Part shown: positions 18,976-20,000 of the stretch, piece by piece
Position numbering within the stretch: the stretch's first letter is position 1
Layout of the letters: each line of letters starts with the position of its first letter
Source: Catajapyx aquilonaris
Lineage: Eukaryota
Direction: 5' to 3'
DNA: 20,000 nt
NCBI GenBank assembly: GCA_000934665.2
Contig: JYFJ02001380.1
Span: forward strand, 61,957-81,956
Translations under genes and position numbers: made by a program
Notes under the pieces: model-generated
Told to the model about the DNA's origin: nothing
The model's database searches: none
Seen by the model: the letters and a program-made list of their open reading frames with translations, nothing else

Positions 18976-19904
18976 ATGGCTCTTAAAATCATTCTCGCAG
19001 TATTTTTGCACTGGCTCATACCCATATGTGCAAGTGACTCTGCGATTTGTGGTGCAGACTGAGGAGCATCTACTGTCCAGAGTAGTGTCCAAGATGAGCC
19101 AGGACAACGCCTGATTGGTCCACTGTCTCTGGCCATCCTCCATGACTACAAGGTTCTACAGGATGTGTGAGAATACCTGCCAACAATGGCCAACACACCA
19201 GTCCTGATCGCCTCTCTTGGTGTCAATGCAAAAATAGTGAATGAAAGTGAATTAGTGATCCAACAATCAGGGCAGTGTTTTCTCATCCTAATTCGCTCTA
19301 GATTCAACTCCGTCGGGCCTCTTCTTGAACAATTCCGCAATACACTAAGATATGGCAACATATATCTTGACTTTATCGTATTCTCCTCAAAAGACGGGAT
19401 GCTTCATTCTCTCTTCATGTGGGAATCGAATCTGTTCAAGCACAGACTCGGATTGGACCAGTTGACAATAATTGAAGATGGTCAAGTGATTGTTGGATAC
19501 TTGTTATGAATATAAATCCTGGACATATTGGAACTCAATCACAGATCCAGACAATATCTTTCAGTAGGATAAGCTTCATGTGGTGGCCAGTGAGTTGCCC
19601 ATTTTGATGGGCGGAGTTCAAATGGAGCTGAATTCGGTCATAATCGAGCCCATCAGACGAGGCGTGAGATATTCTGCATGTACTCCTTCTTCTGTGTCCT
19701 GATGTCCAATTTCTTCCCTTCAGACATGATCTGACTGCTCATGGAAAAGTCTGTTAACAATGTGGATCCCTGAAGGATCTTGTGGACATGAACTACAAGT
19801 GGGTGGCCAGCAGAGAGGACAAGGTTTACTTTGATTATTTTGGGGACGTGACTGAGATTGAAGTGGAAAAAGTGATCGTCAGTGGGATCGAATACTCCAC
19901 CATG
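18976..19904 (+). pseudogene. Chimeric IR pseudogene F (D-like 5' part, A-like 3' part)
   Basis: 18976-19506 follows copy D with frameshifts and stops. About 19528-19673 matches D 14456-14605, and about 19668-19904 matches A 2634-2871. Confidence 0.88.
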
Positions 19905-20000
19905 CGAGATTCCGAAATACAAAGCAGCGGTCCCGGACCATGGACCCGGACCCTTGAGTGGCGGACTCAAGCGGGGAAATGCTGAACCATGTGCGCCAAT

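Noticed and set aside
1..20000. CRISPR array or prokaryotic defence system
   Set aside because: There are no regularly spaced repeats, operons or cas-like ORFs. The repeats are explained by gene duplication and eukaryotic transposons.

Overview
Eukaryotic, probably arthropod, genomic DNA (taxon is inferred, not shown). It holds a tandem + strand array of intronless, highly divergent ionotropic receptor (IR, variant iGluR) genes. Four have intact ORFs (about 1564-3477, 8370-10280, 13094-14893, 16850-18772). There are also a 5'-truncated pseudogene split by an insertion (4681-8011), a 5' remnant (11094-11236) and a chimeric deleted pseudogene (18976-19904). The intergenic DNA is paralogous too and is rich in non-autonomous mobile elements: several foldback/MITE elements, a 22-bp-TIR element with a nested MITE, and a complete minus-strand Helitron carrying a nested tRNA-derived SINE, whose empty site survives elsewhere in the window. 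The receptors have an unusually short S1 ligand-binding lobe, atypical pore and gate motifs, mosaic ancestry and a conserved C-terminal NPETNL(V/I)FTL tail. All family calls come from motif recognition by eye; no database search was run.
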